Shown here piece by piece: positions 47,455 to 56,796 of a stretch of 64,000 nucleotides of DNA. The notes under the pieces are model-generated. The model worked only from the letters and a program-made list of their open reading frames with translations, did not search any database and had not been told where the DNA came from. The stretch's first letter is position 1. Every line of letters starts with the position of its first letter. The position numbers and the translations under genes are program-made. This stretch comes from Thermoplasmata archaeon (GTDB taxonomy: Archaea > Thermoplasmatota > Thermoplasmata > Lutacidiplasmatales > UBA184), in NCBI GenBank assembly GCA_021821785.1, contig JAKACD010000001.1, positions 39,964 through 103,963 on the forward strand, read 5' to 3'.

Positions 47455-48960
47455 TCATCCCGACTCGAGCGGCAGCAGCTCGTCCCAGGTCGGACGGCCG
47501 GGGGCTGCGCGGCGGCCGATCGCCGGGATCCCTACTCCGCTCCGGGCCAGCCACGCTCGCTGGACCGCCGTGAACCGGCCTCCTGCGAGGGGAAACTCCC
47601 AGTGGTCCGGCCCGGCGGTCACCGGAAGGCCTCCAGGGAGCGCGAATCTCGATGACGGGATGGTCAGCCCGACGTGAAGGTCCATGACGTTCGTGCCGGT
47701 CGGCCCGGTCCGGACGAGTTCGCCGAGCAAGTCGAGGGCCGAGTAGCTCGAATGCTCGCGGAGGGCCCGTGCGAGGTCGATCCCGCCGGCGCGAGCCCGC
47801 CGAACGGTCCGTCCGTCGACCCACCCCCCGGCGGCGTCGGTCGGACCATCGATCCCATCCGTACCTACGGAGAGGACGAGCGCCGCTCGGTCCGCGAGCG
47901 GAGAGGCCGCGGCAAGGGCGAACTCCTGGTTGCGGCCCCCGCGCCCGGGTCTCGGTCCGAGGGTGACGGTCGTCTCTCCGCCTGACAGGAGCGCGCGAGG
48001 CGCGCTTCCCCGCGACGCCCGCGCGACGCGGCGGGCGAAGGCCTCGGCGACAGGTTGGGTCTCCCCCGTGACGCGGCTCGAAAGGATCGTAGGGGCGTAA
48101 CCGCGGCGCGCCGCGGCGGCGGCCGCCGCCTCGAGGGCGAGCCGGTTCGTGGCGGCGAGAACGAACGGGGCCGCCCGCAATCGGGGGTCCGTGGGCTTCG
48201 GTGTCTCGGGATGGACCCCCCGGGCGCCCTCCCGCAGGTACTCCAGCACCCGGCGCGGAAGGGGTCGCCCCAGTCGGTACTCCCGCACGACCCGAAGCGC
48301 CTCTCGGAATCGGGTGGGATCTCCCACCGTGGGACCCGAGGCGATGTTCTCCGGGCGGTCGCCGACGACGTCGCTCAGCGCGACGGTCGCGAACCATCGG
48401 GCCCGGCCCCGCAACGCGAGCCGACCCCCCTTGAGCGCGGAGAGATGTCGACGGACGGCGTTCATCGACCCGATCGGCGCCCCGCTCGCGAGAAGGACCT
48501 CCGTGGTCCGGGTCAGATCGGCGGGGCCGAGCGGAGGCGCGGGTACGTCGGCGACGGCGGACCCGCCCCCAGAGATCAGGAACAGCACCGAGTCGTCGGA
48601 GCCTACGCTATCGAGCAACCGCAGCAGCCGCGCGCCGGCGCGCAGGCTCCCTTCCCGGGGCACCGGGTGCTCGCCATACTCGACCGGGATCGACGACGTC
48701 GGGGCCGGGTATCCGCGCGGGGTGACGGCCAGTCCCCGGGCGTCCCGGCCCACGATTCCGGCCGCGGCATCGGCCATCGCGGCCGCCGCCTTTCCGATCG
48801 CGACGAGGTACAGCTCCCCTTCGGGAACCCTCGAAAGGAGGTGATCCCCGACCCGAAGTCCCCGGGAGGTACGGGCGACCACCCGCCGGACCGCCCGGGC
48901 CGGGTCGACCGCGCGGATGCCGGCCCGAGCGATCGCGAGCGCGTCAGAAACGAGGGTCAC
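47455..48960 (-). CDS. glycerate 2-kinase (MOFRL family, GckA/TtuD-like)
   Basis: An N-terminal MOFRL-associated domain is followed by a C-terminal MOFRL domain (SGGETTV...GRGGRNQE...GTDGIDGPTDAAG). Confidence 0.75.
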   Translation of the reverse strand: MTLVSDALAIARAGIRAVDPARAVRRVVARTSRGLRVGDHLLSRVPEGELYLVAIGKAAAAMADAAAGIVGRDARGLAVTPRGYPAPTSSIPVEYGEHPVPREGSLRAGARLLRLLDSVGSDDSVLFLISGGGSAVADVPAPPLGPADLTRTTEVLLASGAPIGSMNAVRRHLSALKGGRLALRGRARWFATVALSDVVGDRPENIASGPTVGDPTRFREALRVVREYRLGRPLPRRVLEYLREGARGVHPETPKPTDPRLRAAPFVLAATNRLALEAAAAAAARRGYAPTILSSRVTGETQPVAEAFARRVARASRGSAPRALLSGGETTVTLGPRPGRGGRNQEFALAAASPLADRAALVLSVGTDGIDGPTDAAGGWVDGRTVRRARAGGIDLARALREHSSYSALDLLGELVRTGPTGTNVMDLHVGLTIPSSRFALPGGLPVTAGPDHWEFPLAGGRFTAVQRAWLARSGVGIPAIGRRAAPGRPTWDELLPLESG

Positions 48961-50143
48961 GGCCCCCTTCCAGCGTGAACCCCGGACGGGGAAGGAACGG
49001 CGGCAGGTCCGAGGGGAACCGCGCGGGCAGCACCGGCGCGAGGAGTTCGAGCGCGGTCCGGTCCCCCTCCCCCGCGGCGAGGAGCTCGGCCAGGCGGCGC
49101 GCGACGCCGCCGGCCCGCATCACGCCGAAGCCGTTGAACCCCGCGAGCACGAAGCAGCCGGCCGCGTCGGGCAGCGGGCCGACGAGCGGTCGGCGATCGG
49201 GCGTCGAGCAGCAGACCCCGGCCCAGGATCGGACGAGCTCGGCCTCGGCCCAACCGGGAAAGCGCGTGAGGAAGCTCTCCGCGAGATGGGTCTCGAACGC
49301 CGCATCGCCCCCGGTCCGGAACTGCTCGGGGTCGACCTCGACGAGCTCGGTCCCGTCGCCGGCCAAGATGCGGCCGGCGGACTCCGGCCGCACGTAGACG
49401 TCGGTATCGATGTCATGGACCGACGGGAACTCGGGGACCGGGGGCGACGGCCGCAGGACCGCGGCCTGGGTACGGTACGGAGCGAGAGGCACCGGCCGCC
49501 CGATCTCCTTGAGGATCCGTTTCGTCCACGCCCCGGCGGCGACCACGACGCGGGGCGCGCGGACCGTGCGACCCCCGGCCTCGACCGCCCACCGGCCCTC
49601 GGAGCGGCGCAGCTTCCCGAAAGGAACCCCGAGCCAGAACTCGACGCCCGCCGCGCGGGCTCGCTCGGCGTACATCTCCGTCATGGCGCTCGGCGTCACG
49701 ACCGCATCGGTCGGGCTCCAGATCGCGGCCCGGACGTCCCCAAAGCGCCCCCACGGGACGCGGGTGGCGAGCTCGTCCCGGTCGAGACGCCGGACATCCA
49801 CGTTCCACGCGTGGAGCTGCTCGATCGCCCGATCGAGCACCCGTTCGGCCTCGGCCTGAACGGTCCACCGCGCGAAGCCGTTGACGGAGTACGCGGAGGG
49901 GTCCCGCTGGCGGGCGAGCGCGGCGTACTCCTCCTTCGACTCGCGGGTCACCGCCACGTCCCAAGCGTTCCAGAGCTGCTCCGTGACGATCCCCGCGGCG
50001 CGGCCGCTCGCCCCGGCCGCCGGGATCCGAGGGTCGTAGACCACGACCGGGCCGACGCGGCGGCGGGCCAGATGGTCGGCGAGGGCGCAGCCGGCGATCC
50101 CGGCACCCAGGATCACCACTTCGGCCGTATCGGACGTCGGCAC
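48944..50143 (-). CDS. FAD-dependent oxidoreductase (DAO family, e.g. glycine/sarcosine oxidase-like)
   Basis: GTG start. AEVVILGAGIAGCALA is the dinucleotide-binding motif, and the DAO fold runs throughout. It overlaps the glycerate kinase start by 17 nt. Confidence 0.75.
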   Translation of the reverse strand: MPTSDTAEVVILGAGIAGCALADHLARRRVGPVVVYDPRIPAAGASGRAAGIVTEQLWNAWDVAVTRESKEEYAALARQRDPSAYSVNGFARWTVQAEAERVLDRAIEQLHAWNVDVRRLDRDELATRVPWGRFGDVRAAIWSPTDAVVTPSAMTEMYAERARAAGVEFWLGVPFGKLRRSEGRWAVEAGGRTVRAPRVVVAAGAWTKRILKEIGRPVPLAPYRTQAAVLRPSPPVPEFPSVHDIDTDVYVRPESAGRILAGDGTELVEVDPEQFRTGGDAAFETHLAESFLTRFPGWAEAELVRSWAGVCCSTPDRRPLVGPLPDAAGCFVLAGFNGFGVMRAGGVARRLAELLAAGEGDRTALELLAPVLPARFPSDLPPFLPRPGFTLEGGRDPRF

Positions 50144-50166
50144 GTCCGCCCCGAGGGGTCTCGGGG

Positions 50167-51081
50167 TTAATACTGCGGCTTGGCGCGCTGGTAGGCGTCC
50201 CGAAGAGCCTGGGTGTCCACGTGCGTGTAGATCTGGGTCGTAGCGACCGAGGCGTGGCCCAGAAGCTTCTGGATGTAGCGGATGTCGCAGCCCCGCGAGA
50301 GGAGGGCCGTCGCGAGCGTGTGGCGGAGCATGTGCGGCGTGACCCGTCGGGGGATCCCGGCGACCTGGGCGCCGCGCCGCACGATCCGCTCCACGGTCAC
50401 CGGACCGACCGGGAACAGACGCGAGTTCGATTCGCCCGCGAGCGTACGCTCGGTGAGGTATCGGTCGATCGCCGCGCGGGTGCGGTCCTCGAGCACGACC
50501 TCCCGGTCCTTGTCGCCCTTGCCGCTGCGAACATGGAGCACGTTCCGCTCGAACTCGATGTCCTCGAGCAAGAGGTGACACAGCTCGCTCACCCGGAGCC
50601 CCGCGAACGCGAGCACGTGGACGATCGCGCTGTCCCGTGGGGAGTCGCGCACGGCCTCGAAGAGCCGGCGCATCTCTTCCTCCCCTAGGTAGCGGGGGAG
50701 CCGCTCCGGCCGGCGCGGAGGCTCGAGCTGGTCGGCGACCGAGAGACCGAAGCTGCGGAACAGGCAGGCGAGGCCCCGTACGGTGGTATAGAGCGAGTTC
50801 TTCGAGTAATGCCGCTGCAGGACGAGATACTCCCGGTACGCCTCGAGATCGTGGAGCGTCACCTCCTCGAGCGGCTTCTGGGTGTACGCGAGGAACGTGC
50901 GGGCGATGTGGCCGTACTGCTTGACCGTGCAGGGGCTCCGCTCCTGGGATTGGAGGAGCCGCTGGAAACGGTCGACGAGCTCCCCCAGACTAAAGGCGGC
51001 CGTGCCCTCGGCCCCGGCGAACGAGCTCCGGGGGCGCCGCGCGATGGCGGCGGAGCGAGACATCGGAACCGAGGAGGCCAT
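50167..51081 (-). CDS. xerA: tyrosine recombinase XerA (XerC/XerD family)
   Basis: The R...HxxR...Y catalytic set is LRVSEL...HMLRHTLAT...GHASVATTQIYTH. Confidence 0.85.
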   Translation of the reverse strand: MASSVPMSRSAAIARRPRSSFAGAEGTAAFSLGELVDRFQRLLQSQERSPCTVKQYGHIARTFLAYTQKPLEEVTLHDLEAYREYLVLQRHYSKNSLYTTVRGLACLFRSFGLSVADQLEPPRRPERLPRYLGEEEMRRLFEAVRDSPRDSAIVHVLAFAGLRVSELCHLLLEDIEFERNVLHVRSGKGDKDREVVLEDRTRAAIDRYLTERTLAGESNSRLFPVGPVTVERIVRRGAQVAGIPRRVTPHMLRHTLATALLSRGCDIRYIQKLLGHASVATTQIYTHVDTQALRDAYQRAKPQY

Positions 51082-51181
51082 CGAACCTCGCTGGCCCGGA
51101 TTCGCTTAATAATCGTATGCGCGCAGTGGAACCGTACCTCGCGCTCGGTTCTCAAATATACCGGAACCGTGGGTCTCGATC

Positions 51182-52123
51182 GTGCGCTGCGACGCGTGCG
51201 ACGCCCCGGCCATCGTCGATCAGCCGTATCGGGGAGCCCACGTCTGCGACCGTCATCTCGCCGAGTCCGTGGAGGAACGCGTCCGACGCGAGATCCATCG
51301 TCAGCTGCCGAGGTTCGGTCGGGGGACCGTCGCGGTCGCCCTCTCGGGCGGCAAGGACTCGTCGGTCGCCCTCAGCCTGGCGGCCCGGTACTTCCGTCGT
51401 CGTCCCACCGTCCGCGTGGTCGCGCTCACGGTGGACGAGGGGATCGAAGGCTACCGGCCCCCCACCCTCCGGGCCGCCGAGGCGCTCGCCCAGGCGCTCG
51501 GGGTCGAGCACCGCATCGTCCGCGCCGAGGAGGAGCTCGGCACGACGATCGACCGGACCGCCCGCGACCTCCCGGGCACCGTGCCGTGCTCGTTCTGCGG
51601 CGTCTGGCGCCGGCGCCTGTTGAACCGGGCCGCGCGGGAGGTAGGCGCCGACGCCCTCGTGCTCGGCTTCAACCTGGACGACCTCGCGCAGACCGTGCTC
51701 ATGAACCTCGTGCGGGGCGACCTCGACCGGCTCGTGCGGATGGCCCCGCATCGGACCCGCCAGGAGGGACTCGTCCCCCGGGTCGCGCCGCTCGCCCCGA
51801 TCCCGGAGCGCGAGGTCTTCCTCTACGCCCGCGGGAAGGGGTTGCCGTTCGATCACGGAGAGTGCCCGCACGCGGGGCGTGCCTCGCGGAACCTCTTCCG
51901 GGAGCTCGTCTGGCAGCTCGAGGAGGCGCAGCCGGGCACCCGGCAATCGCTCCTCAGGACCCAGGAGCGCCTGGTCGGCCTCTGGCTGCGCGGCGAAGAG
52001 GTGGGAGCGCCCGACCGATGTCGGGTCTGTGGCGAACCGTCCGCGCACGCGGTCTGCCGGGCCTGCGAGTACCTCCGCGTGGCCCGTCCTCCGCTCCCGT
52101 CGGCGCCTTCGGAGGCCGCGTGA
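51182..52123 (+). CDS. ttuA: tRNA 2-thiolation protein (TtuA/NcsA-like PP-loop ATPase with N- and C-terminal zinc fingers)
   Basis: GTG start. CDACDAPA...CDRH is an N-terminal zinc finger. SGGKDSSVAL is the PP-loop. The rest is central CSFCGVWRR and C-terminal CRVCGEP...CRACE. Confidence 0.8.
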   Translation: MRCDACDAPAIVDQPYRGAHVCDRHLAESVEERVRREIHRQLPRFGRGTVAVALSGGKDSSVALSLAARYFRRRPTVRVVALTVDEGIEGYRPPTLRAAEALAQALGVEHRIVRAEEELGTTIDRTARDLPGTVPCSFCGVWRRRLLNRAAREVGADALVLGFNLDDLAQTVLMNLVRGDLDRLVRMAPHRTRQEGLVPRVAPLAPIPEREVFLYARGKGLPFDHGECPHAGRASRNLFRELVWQLEEAQPGTRQSLLRTQERLVGLWLRGEEVGAPDRCRVCGEPSAHAVCRACEYLRVARPPLPSAPSEAA

Positions 52124-53034
52124 GCGCGGAGGCCGAGATCTCCGTGGGGAGCGACCCCCGACAGTCGGTCCGCAAGCGGGTCTTCGTGGTGGGGGCGGGG
52201 ATCATGGGCAGCGGGATCGCCGCCCAGGCGGCCCTCGCCGGCTACCCGGTCACGCTCGAGGACATGAACGAGGAGCTTGCCCGACGGGGCCTCGCGAACG
52301 CGACGCGGGCCCTCGACCACGCCGTCGCCCGCCAGAAGGTCGGGGCCGGCGACCGCGCTGCGGCGCTCGGGCGGATCGAGATCGCGATCGGTCTACGGCG
52401 CGCCGGTGCGGCCCAGATCATCATCGAAGCGGCTTCCGAGGACCTCGCGCTCAAGCGACGGATCTTCCAGGAGCTCGAGACCGTGGCGCAGCCCACCGCG
52501 CTGCTCGCCTCCAACACTTCGTCGCTGCCGATCACCTCGATCGGACAGGACCTCGGGGACCCGGGACGCCTGGTCGGCCTGCACTTCTTCAACCCGGTGC
52601 TCCAGATGCCGCTGGTCGAGCTGATCCCGGGGCTCACGACCCGGCCCGAGGTCCTGGAGAGCGCCCGGTCGTTCGCCGAGAGCCTCGGCAAGACGGTCGT
52701 CGCGTCGCGCGACACGCCCGGCTTCGTCACCACGAGGGCGCTCGCGGTCCTCCTCAACGAAGCGGCCTGGATGCTGTACGAAGGGGTCGCGACGAAGGAG
52801 GATATCGATACCGCCTACAAGCTCGGCTTCCACCACCCGATGGGGCCGTTCGAGCTCGTCGACCTGGTCGGGATCGATACGGCGGTCGCCATCCTCGACG
52901 TCCTTTGGGACGGGTTCCGGGACAGCCGCTACCGGGTCTGCCCCCTCCTCCGTTCGATGGTGGCCGCGAAGAAGCTCGGGCGCAAGACCGGGGAAGGGTT
53001 CTATGTGTATCCGCCCCCCTCGGTACCCCCATGA
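52120..53034 (+). CDS. 3-hydroxyacyl-CoA (3-hydroxybutyryl-CoA) dehydrogenase
   Basis: VFVVGAGIMGSGIA is a Rossmann motif. ASNTSSL, HFFNPV and the C-terminal dimerisation domain are also present. GTGA overlaps the ttuA stop. Confidence 0.85.
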   Translation: MSAEAEISVGSDPRQSVRKRVFVVGAGIMGSGIAAQAALAGYPVTLEDMNEELARRGLANATRALDHAVARQKVGAGDRAAALGRIEIAIGLRRAGAAQIIIEAASEDLALKRRIFQELETVAQPTALLASNTSSLPITSIGQDLGDPGRLVGLHFFNPVLQMPLVELIPGLTTRPEVLESARSFAESLGKTVVASRDTPGFVTTRALAVLLNEAAWMLYEGVATKEDIDTAYKLGFHHPMGPFELVDLVGIDTAVAILDVLWDGFRDSRYRVCPLLRSMVAAKKLGRKTGEGFYVYPPPSVPP

Positions 53035-53873
53035 GCGACTTTTCCGGCCTGTTCGGGCTGCTCGCCCTGGTGGTCATCTCGCTCATTCCCGCGCTGCTCT
53101 ACCTCACCTGGGTCCGCCGCTCGGAACGGTACCGGACCCAGGGCTGGGGACCCCTGCTCAGCGCCTTCGCCTACGGCGCGTTGTTTGCCACGCTGACGGC
53201 CGCGGTCGTCGAGGGCATCCTCGTCGCGCTCGGGACGGCGGTCAGCCAGCAGTACCCGGGCCCCGAGTTCGTCTTTCTCAACGGGAACTCGACCCTCGGC
53301 GCGTTCTTCTTGGTCCTCGTGATCGCCCCGTTCGTCGAGGAAGCGCTCAAGGCCTCGGGGGTCGCGGCGAACCGGCGGCGGATGGCCCTCGTCGCCGACG
53401 GCCCGGTCTTCGGGGCGTCCGTCGGGCTGGGCTTCGGGTTCTTCGAGACGTTCCTCTACGGCCTCGGCGCCTACCTCGTGGGGGGCCTCGCTGCGGGGAT
53501 CTTCCTGATCCTGGTGCGCAGCGTCTCGAGCGTCGTCCTTCACGGGAGCTCCACCGGCATGTTCGGCTACGGCTACGCCCGCGGGAAGTTCGGCGTCCGG
53601 GGTCCCGCGAGCGGGAGCTACTACCTCCTCGCGGTCGCGATGCACGCCGGGTTCAACGCGCTCGCCTCCCTCGGAGCGATCCTGGCGTTCCTCGCCCTGC
53701 CGGCGCTCGCGACCGAGGCCGCCACCCTCCTCGCCCTCTTCGCGGCGATCGCCTTCGCGTTCGTCGCGATCGAGCACGTGCGCTCGGTGATCCAGTCCTC
53801 GGACTACCCGGCGCTGCTCAAGGGAACGGCTCCGTTCCGACCGAGCCCGCGGCCGCCGCCGCGGGGGCGCTGA
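53031..53873 (+). CDS. PrsW-family intramembrane protease
   Basis: Polytopic, with conserved EEALK, FGFFETFLYG (FxxxE) and MHAGFNAL (HxxxN) motifs. ATGA overlaps the upstream stop. Confidence 0.7.
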   Translation: MSDFSGLFGLLALVVISLIPALLYLTWVRRSERYRTQGWGPLLSAFAYGALFATLTAAVVEGILVALGTAVSQQYPGPEFVFLNGNSTLGAFFLVLVIAPFVEEALKASGVAANRRRMALVADGPVFGASVGLGFGFFETFLYGLGAYLVGGLAAGIFLILVRSVSSVVLHGSSTGMFGYGYARGKFGVRGPASGSYYLLAVAMHAGFNALASLGAILAFLALPALATEAATLLALFAAIAFAFVAIEHVRSVIQSSDYPALLKGTAPFRPSPRPPPRGR

Positions 53874-53883
53874 CCGGGATCGG

Positions 53884-54282
53884 CTAGCTCTTCGGCGGGG
53901 CCGCGTCGGCCCGGCGCTGCCAGGCGGCTTCTCCGATCGAGCGATACACCGACTCCGCGTCCTGGGCGGGGGGGGCTTCGCCGGACTGGCCGACATCTCG
54001 TATCCGCGCCTTCTTCAGGAGCCAATAGTGGATCCGCCAGGTCTTGCCACGGGAGACGGTCGCGTCCTCTTCTTCGCTCGTGAGGAGTCCCTCCTCCTCG
54101 AGCTGGTAGAAGCGGTCGCGGTCCTCGCTCGAGAGCTTGTTGTCCAGCACGCTGTCGTCGGCCCCGAAGTAGCCGAGGATCATGCGAGCGATCGGCCGCG
54201 CCTCGGGCTGCGAGATCTTGCCGTGGGCGACCAGGGTACGCTCGATCGCGCGAAGGAGCTCGGCCTCGGTGATCGACGCCAT
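53884..54282 (-). CDS. hypothetical conserved protein (basic N-terminal helix, acidic linker, GKTWRIHYWLLKK motif)
   Basis: The start at 54282 (MASITEAELLRAIERT...) is chosen within a longer ORF. No family recognised. It lies divergent from pus10. Confidence 0.4.
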   Translation of the reverse strand: MASITEAELLRAIERTLVAHGKISQPEARPIARMILGYFGADDSVLDNKLSSEDRDRFYQLEEEGLLTSEEEDATVSRGKTWRIHYWLLKKARIRDVGQSGEAPPAQDAESVYRSIGEAAWQRRADAAPPKS

Positions 54283-54377
54283 CGGTCCGGGCGGCCCACG
54301 GTTTCCGCTCGTAAAAGCTATGCCCGACCTTCGGCGGAGGCCCGTCACGGTTTAGTGGGTCCTCGGGTCGGGGCTCC

Positions 54378-55613
54378 GTGGCCGGTTCCGAGAGCTTCTC
54401 CCCCGACGAGCCCGCGCTCGCCGCCGCGCGCCGCGCCCTCGGCCGGGGGCTCTGCCCCGAATGCTTGGGGCGGTTGTTCGGGCGGCTCGGGCATGGCCTC
54501 ACGAACCCGGAGCGGGCGGCGCGGCTCGTGGCCGCCCTGGGGACGACCTTGCCCCCGCTCTCCGCGCCGTGCGCGCTCTGTCAGGGGACGTTCGCCCGGC
54601 TCTCGACCTGGGTCGAGCGCGCCGAGCGGGCGGCGACCGGGTACGAGTGGCACCGGTTCACCTGCGGTTCTCGCTGGGACCCCGAATTGCTCGCGCGGGA
54701 GGAGGCGCTCTGGGGCGAGGTCGGGACTGCCTGGGGCGAGAGCGCGCGGGCGGCCTTCAACCGGGAGCTCGGGAAGGAGATCGAGCGGGCGACCGGGGCT
54801 CGGGGCGGCACGGAGGGGGCCGAGGTCGTCTTCCTCGCGGACCTGCCGGTCGGTCGGGCCGAGATGACCGTGCTGCCGGTCTATTTCCGGGGCCGGTACC
54901 GCAAGCTCGACCGGACCCTCCCCCAGACGCGCTGGCCGTGCCGTCGCTGCCAGGGCCGCGGATGCGATGCCTGCGGGGGCACCGGGAAGACCTATCCCAC
55001 CAGCGTCGAAGAGGTGATCGCCGCCCCGTTCCTCCGGGCGACCGACGGCGCGGGCAGCCGGTTCCACGGGATGGGGCGGGAGGACATCGACGCCCGGATG
55101 CTCGGTCGGGGCCGGCCGTTCGTCCTCGAGATCCTGCGCCCGCGCACCCGCTCGGTCGATCTGGGGCCGATCGCCGAGGCGCTCGCCCGGGAGGGCCGAG
55201 AGAAGGTCGAAGTGCTCGACCTTGCCCCCGCCGAGGCGGCCGAGGTGGTCCGGGTGAAGGAGGCGAGCCCGGAGAAGAGCTACCGCGTCGGCATCGAGGG
55301 GGCGGTCGCGGTGGCAAAGGTTAATGAGGCCCTGACATTCGCCGTGGGTCGAGCGATCGCCCAGCGAACGCCCACCCGCGTCGCCCATCGGCGTTCCGAC
55401 CGCGTCCGAACGCGGCGGATCGTCCAAGCGCGCGTCGTGGAGGCGACGGAGGGCCGGTTCACGCTCGAGCTGAGGACCGAGGCCGGTACCTACGTCAAGG
55501 AGTGGGTGGAAGGAGATGGAGGACGCACCGACCCGAGCCTATCGAGCCTCGTGGGGGTCCCCCTGAGGGTCGCGTTCCTCGACGTGCTGGAGATCCACGA
55601 CACGGAGGCGTAG
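54378..55613 (+). CDS. pus10: tRNA pseudouridine synthase Pus10 (Psi54/55)
   Basis: CPECLGRLF...CALCQG zinc ribbons, a THUMP-like middle, and a catalytic domain with GREDIDARMLGRGRPFVLEI. Confidence 0.85.
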   Translation: MAGSESFSPDEPALAAARRALGRGLCPECLGRLFGRLGHGLTNPERAARLVAALGTTLPPLSAPCALCQGTFARLSTWVERAERAATGYEWHRFTCGSRWDPELLAREEALWGEVGTAWGESARAAFNRELGKEIERATGARGGTEGAEVVFLADLPVGRAEMTVLPVYFRGRYRKLDRTLPQTRWPCRRCQGRGCDACGGTGKTYPTSVEEVIAAPFLRATDGAGSRFHGMGREDIDARMLGRGRPFVLEILRPRTRSVDLGPIAEALAREGREKVEVLDLAPAEAAEVVRVKEASPEKSYRVGIEGAVAVAKVNEALTFAVGRAIAQRTPTRVAHRRSDRVRTRRIVQARVVEATEGRFTLELRTEAGTYVKEWVEGDGGRTDPSLSSLVGVPLRVAFLDVLEIHDTEA

Positions 55614-55928
55614 ATGGTCAAGAGTTCGAAGGGATTCCGTTCCCGCTCCCGCGGCACCTTCACGAAGGAGGTGCGCGAGCGCGGGCTCCCGCCGGTGACC
55701 CGGTTCCTGCGCGAGTTCGCGGTCGGTCAGAAGGTCTCGGTCCGCATCGAGCCGTCGGACCCGCATGGCCAGCCCCACCCCCGTTACCAGGGGCGCACCT
55801 GCACCGTCATTGGGAAGGTCGGCCGGGCGTACCGCATCGAGTTCCTGGACGGCCGGAAGCGAAAGGAGCTCATCGCGAACCCGATCCATCTCATTCCCGC
55901 CGGGGAGGCAACGGGCGGCCATGCCTGA
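55614..55928 (+). CDS. rpl21e: 50S ribosomal protein L21e
   Basis: MVKSSKGFRSRSRGTFTKEVRERGLPPVTRFLREFAVGQKVSVRIEPS... is an L21e signature. TAGATG abuts the pus10 stop. Confidence 0.9.
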   Translation: MVKSSKGFRSRSRGTFTKEVRERGLPPVTRFLREFAVGQKVSVRIEPSDPHGQPHPRYQGRTCTVIGKVGRAYRIEFLDGRKRKELIANPIHLIPAGEATGGHA

Positions 55929-56235
55929 TCCGGTTCCGCTCGCCCGGGTCAAGGACCTCCTCACGGAGGAAGGGACCCGCCGCACGCTCCCCCGGGAGGC
56001 CGGGCTCGCGCTGCAGCACGCCGAGCTGTTCGCCCGACTCTCGACCGAGGCCACGACCAAGCTCATCGAGGAGCTCCGGACGCTGCCGCTCATCGACGCC
56101 GCCGTGGCCGTCAAGATCGCCGACACGCTGCCACAATACCCCGAAGAGATCCGCCTGCTCTTTTCCAAGGAGCGGGTGCCGCTCGACGAGGAACAGGTCG
56201 CCCGGATCCTCGAGATCGTGGCGCATCACCGATGA
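55921..56235 (+). CDS. rpoF: DNA-directed RNA polymerase subunit F (Rpo4)
   Basis: 104 aa and helical, in the conserved position between rpl21e and DUF655. It overlaps the rpl21e end by 8 nt. Confidence 0.6.
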   Translation: MPDPVPLARVKDLLTEEGTRRTLPREAGLALQHAELFARLSTEATTKLIEELRTLPLIDAAVAVKIADTLPQYPEEIRLLFSKERVPLDEEQVARILEIVAHHR

Positions 56236-56250
56236 GCCGGCGGGGGGCCC

Positions 56251-56796
56251 GTGGAGAACTACGCGTACATCTTGGACTACCTGCCCACCGGCCGGCAGAC
56301 CGAGCGCGGCTTCCACCGGGAGCCGCTCGCCCTCGCGGTCGGTGAGGACGAGCTCAAGCTCTTCGAGCTCGTCCCGCGGCCCGGGGTCGCCCTGGCACCG
56401 GGGGCGCGGGTGCCGCTCGTCCCGGTCGCCGGAGCAGCGCCGCTCGTCGACCATGTCCGGCGACGGCTCGGCTTCGACGAGCTGACCGTCGCGGCCCGGA
56501 CCGAGCTGCCGAACGTCCTCGAATCGATCGTGAAGGCGAACAGCGCGCGCTACCTGCGCTTCTTCAACGAGGCGCCGGCCGTCTCGCGTCGGTTCCACCT
56601 GCTTGAGCTCCTGCCGGGGATCGGCAAGAAGACGATGCAGCAGATCGTGGACGAGCGGCGGCGCGCCCCGTTCACGAGCTTCGCCGAGATCGAGAGCCGG
56701 CTCCATCTCAAGAACCCCGAGCGGCTCATCGTCGGCCGCATCGAGCAGGAACTGAGCGGTGTCGAGGACAAGTACCGGCTCTTCGTCGCGCCGTAG
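56251..56796 (+). CDS. DUF655-family protein (conserved archaeal RNA-binding protein of the L21e-RpoF cluster)
   Basis: GTG start (VENYAYILDYLPTGRQ...). ELLPGIGKKTMQQIVDERRRAPF is a helix-hairpin-helix-like motif. Confidence 0.75.
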   Translation: MENYAYILDYLPTGRQTERGFHREPLALAVGEDELKLFELVPRPGVALAPGARVPLVPVAGAAPLVDHVRRRLGFDELTVAARTELPNVLESIVKANSARYLRFFNEAPAVSRRFHLLELLPGIGKKTMQQIVDERRRAPFTSFAEIESRLHLKNPERLIVGRIEQELSGVEDKYRLFVAP

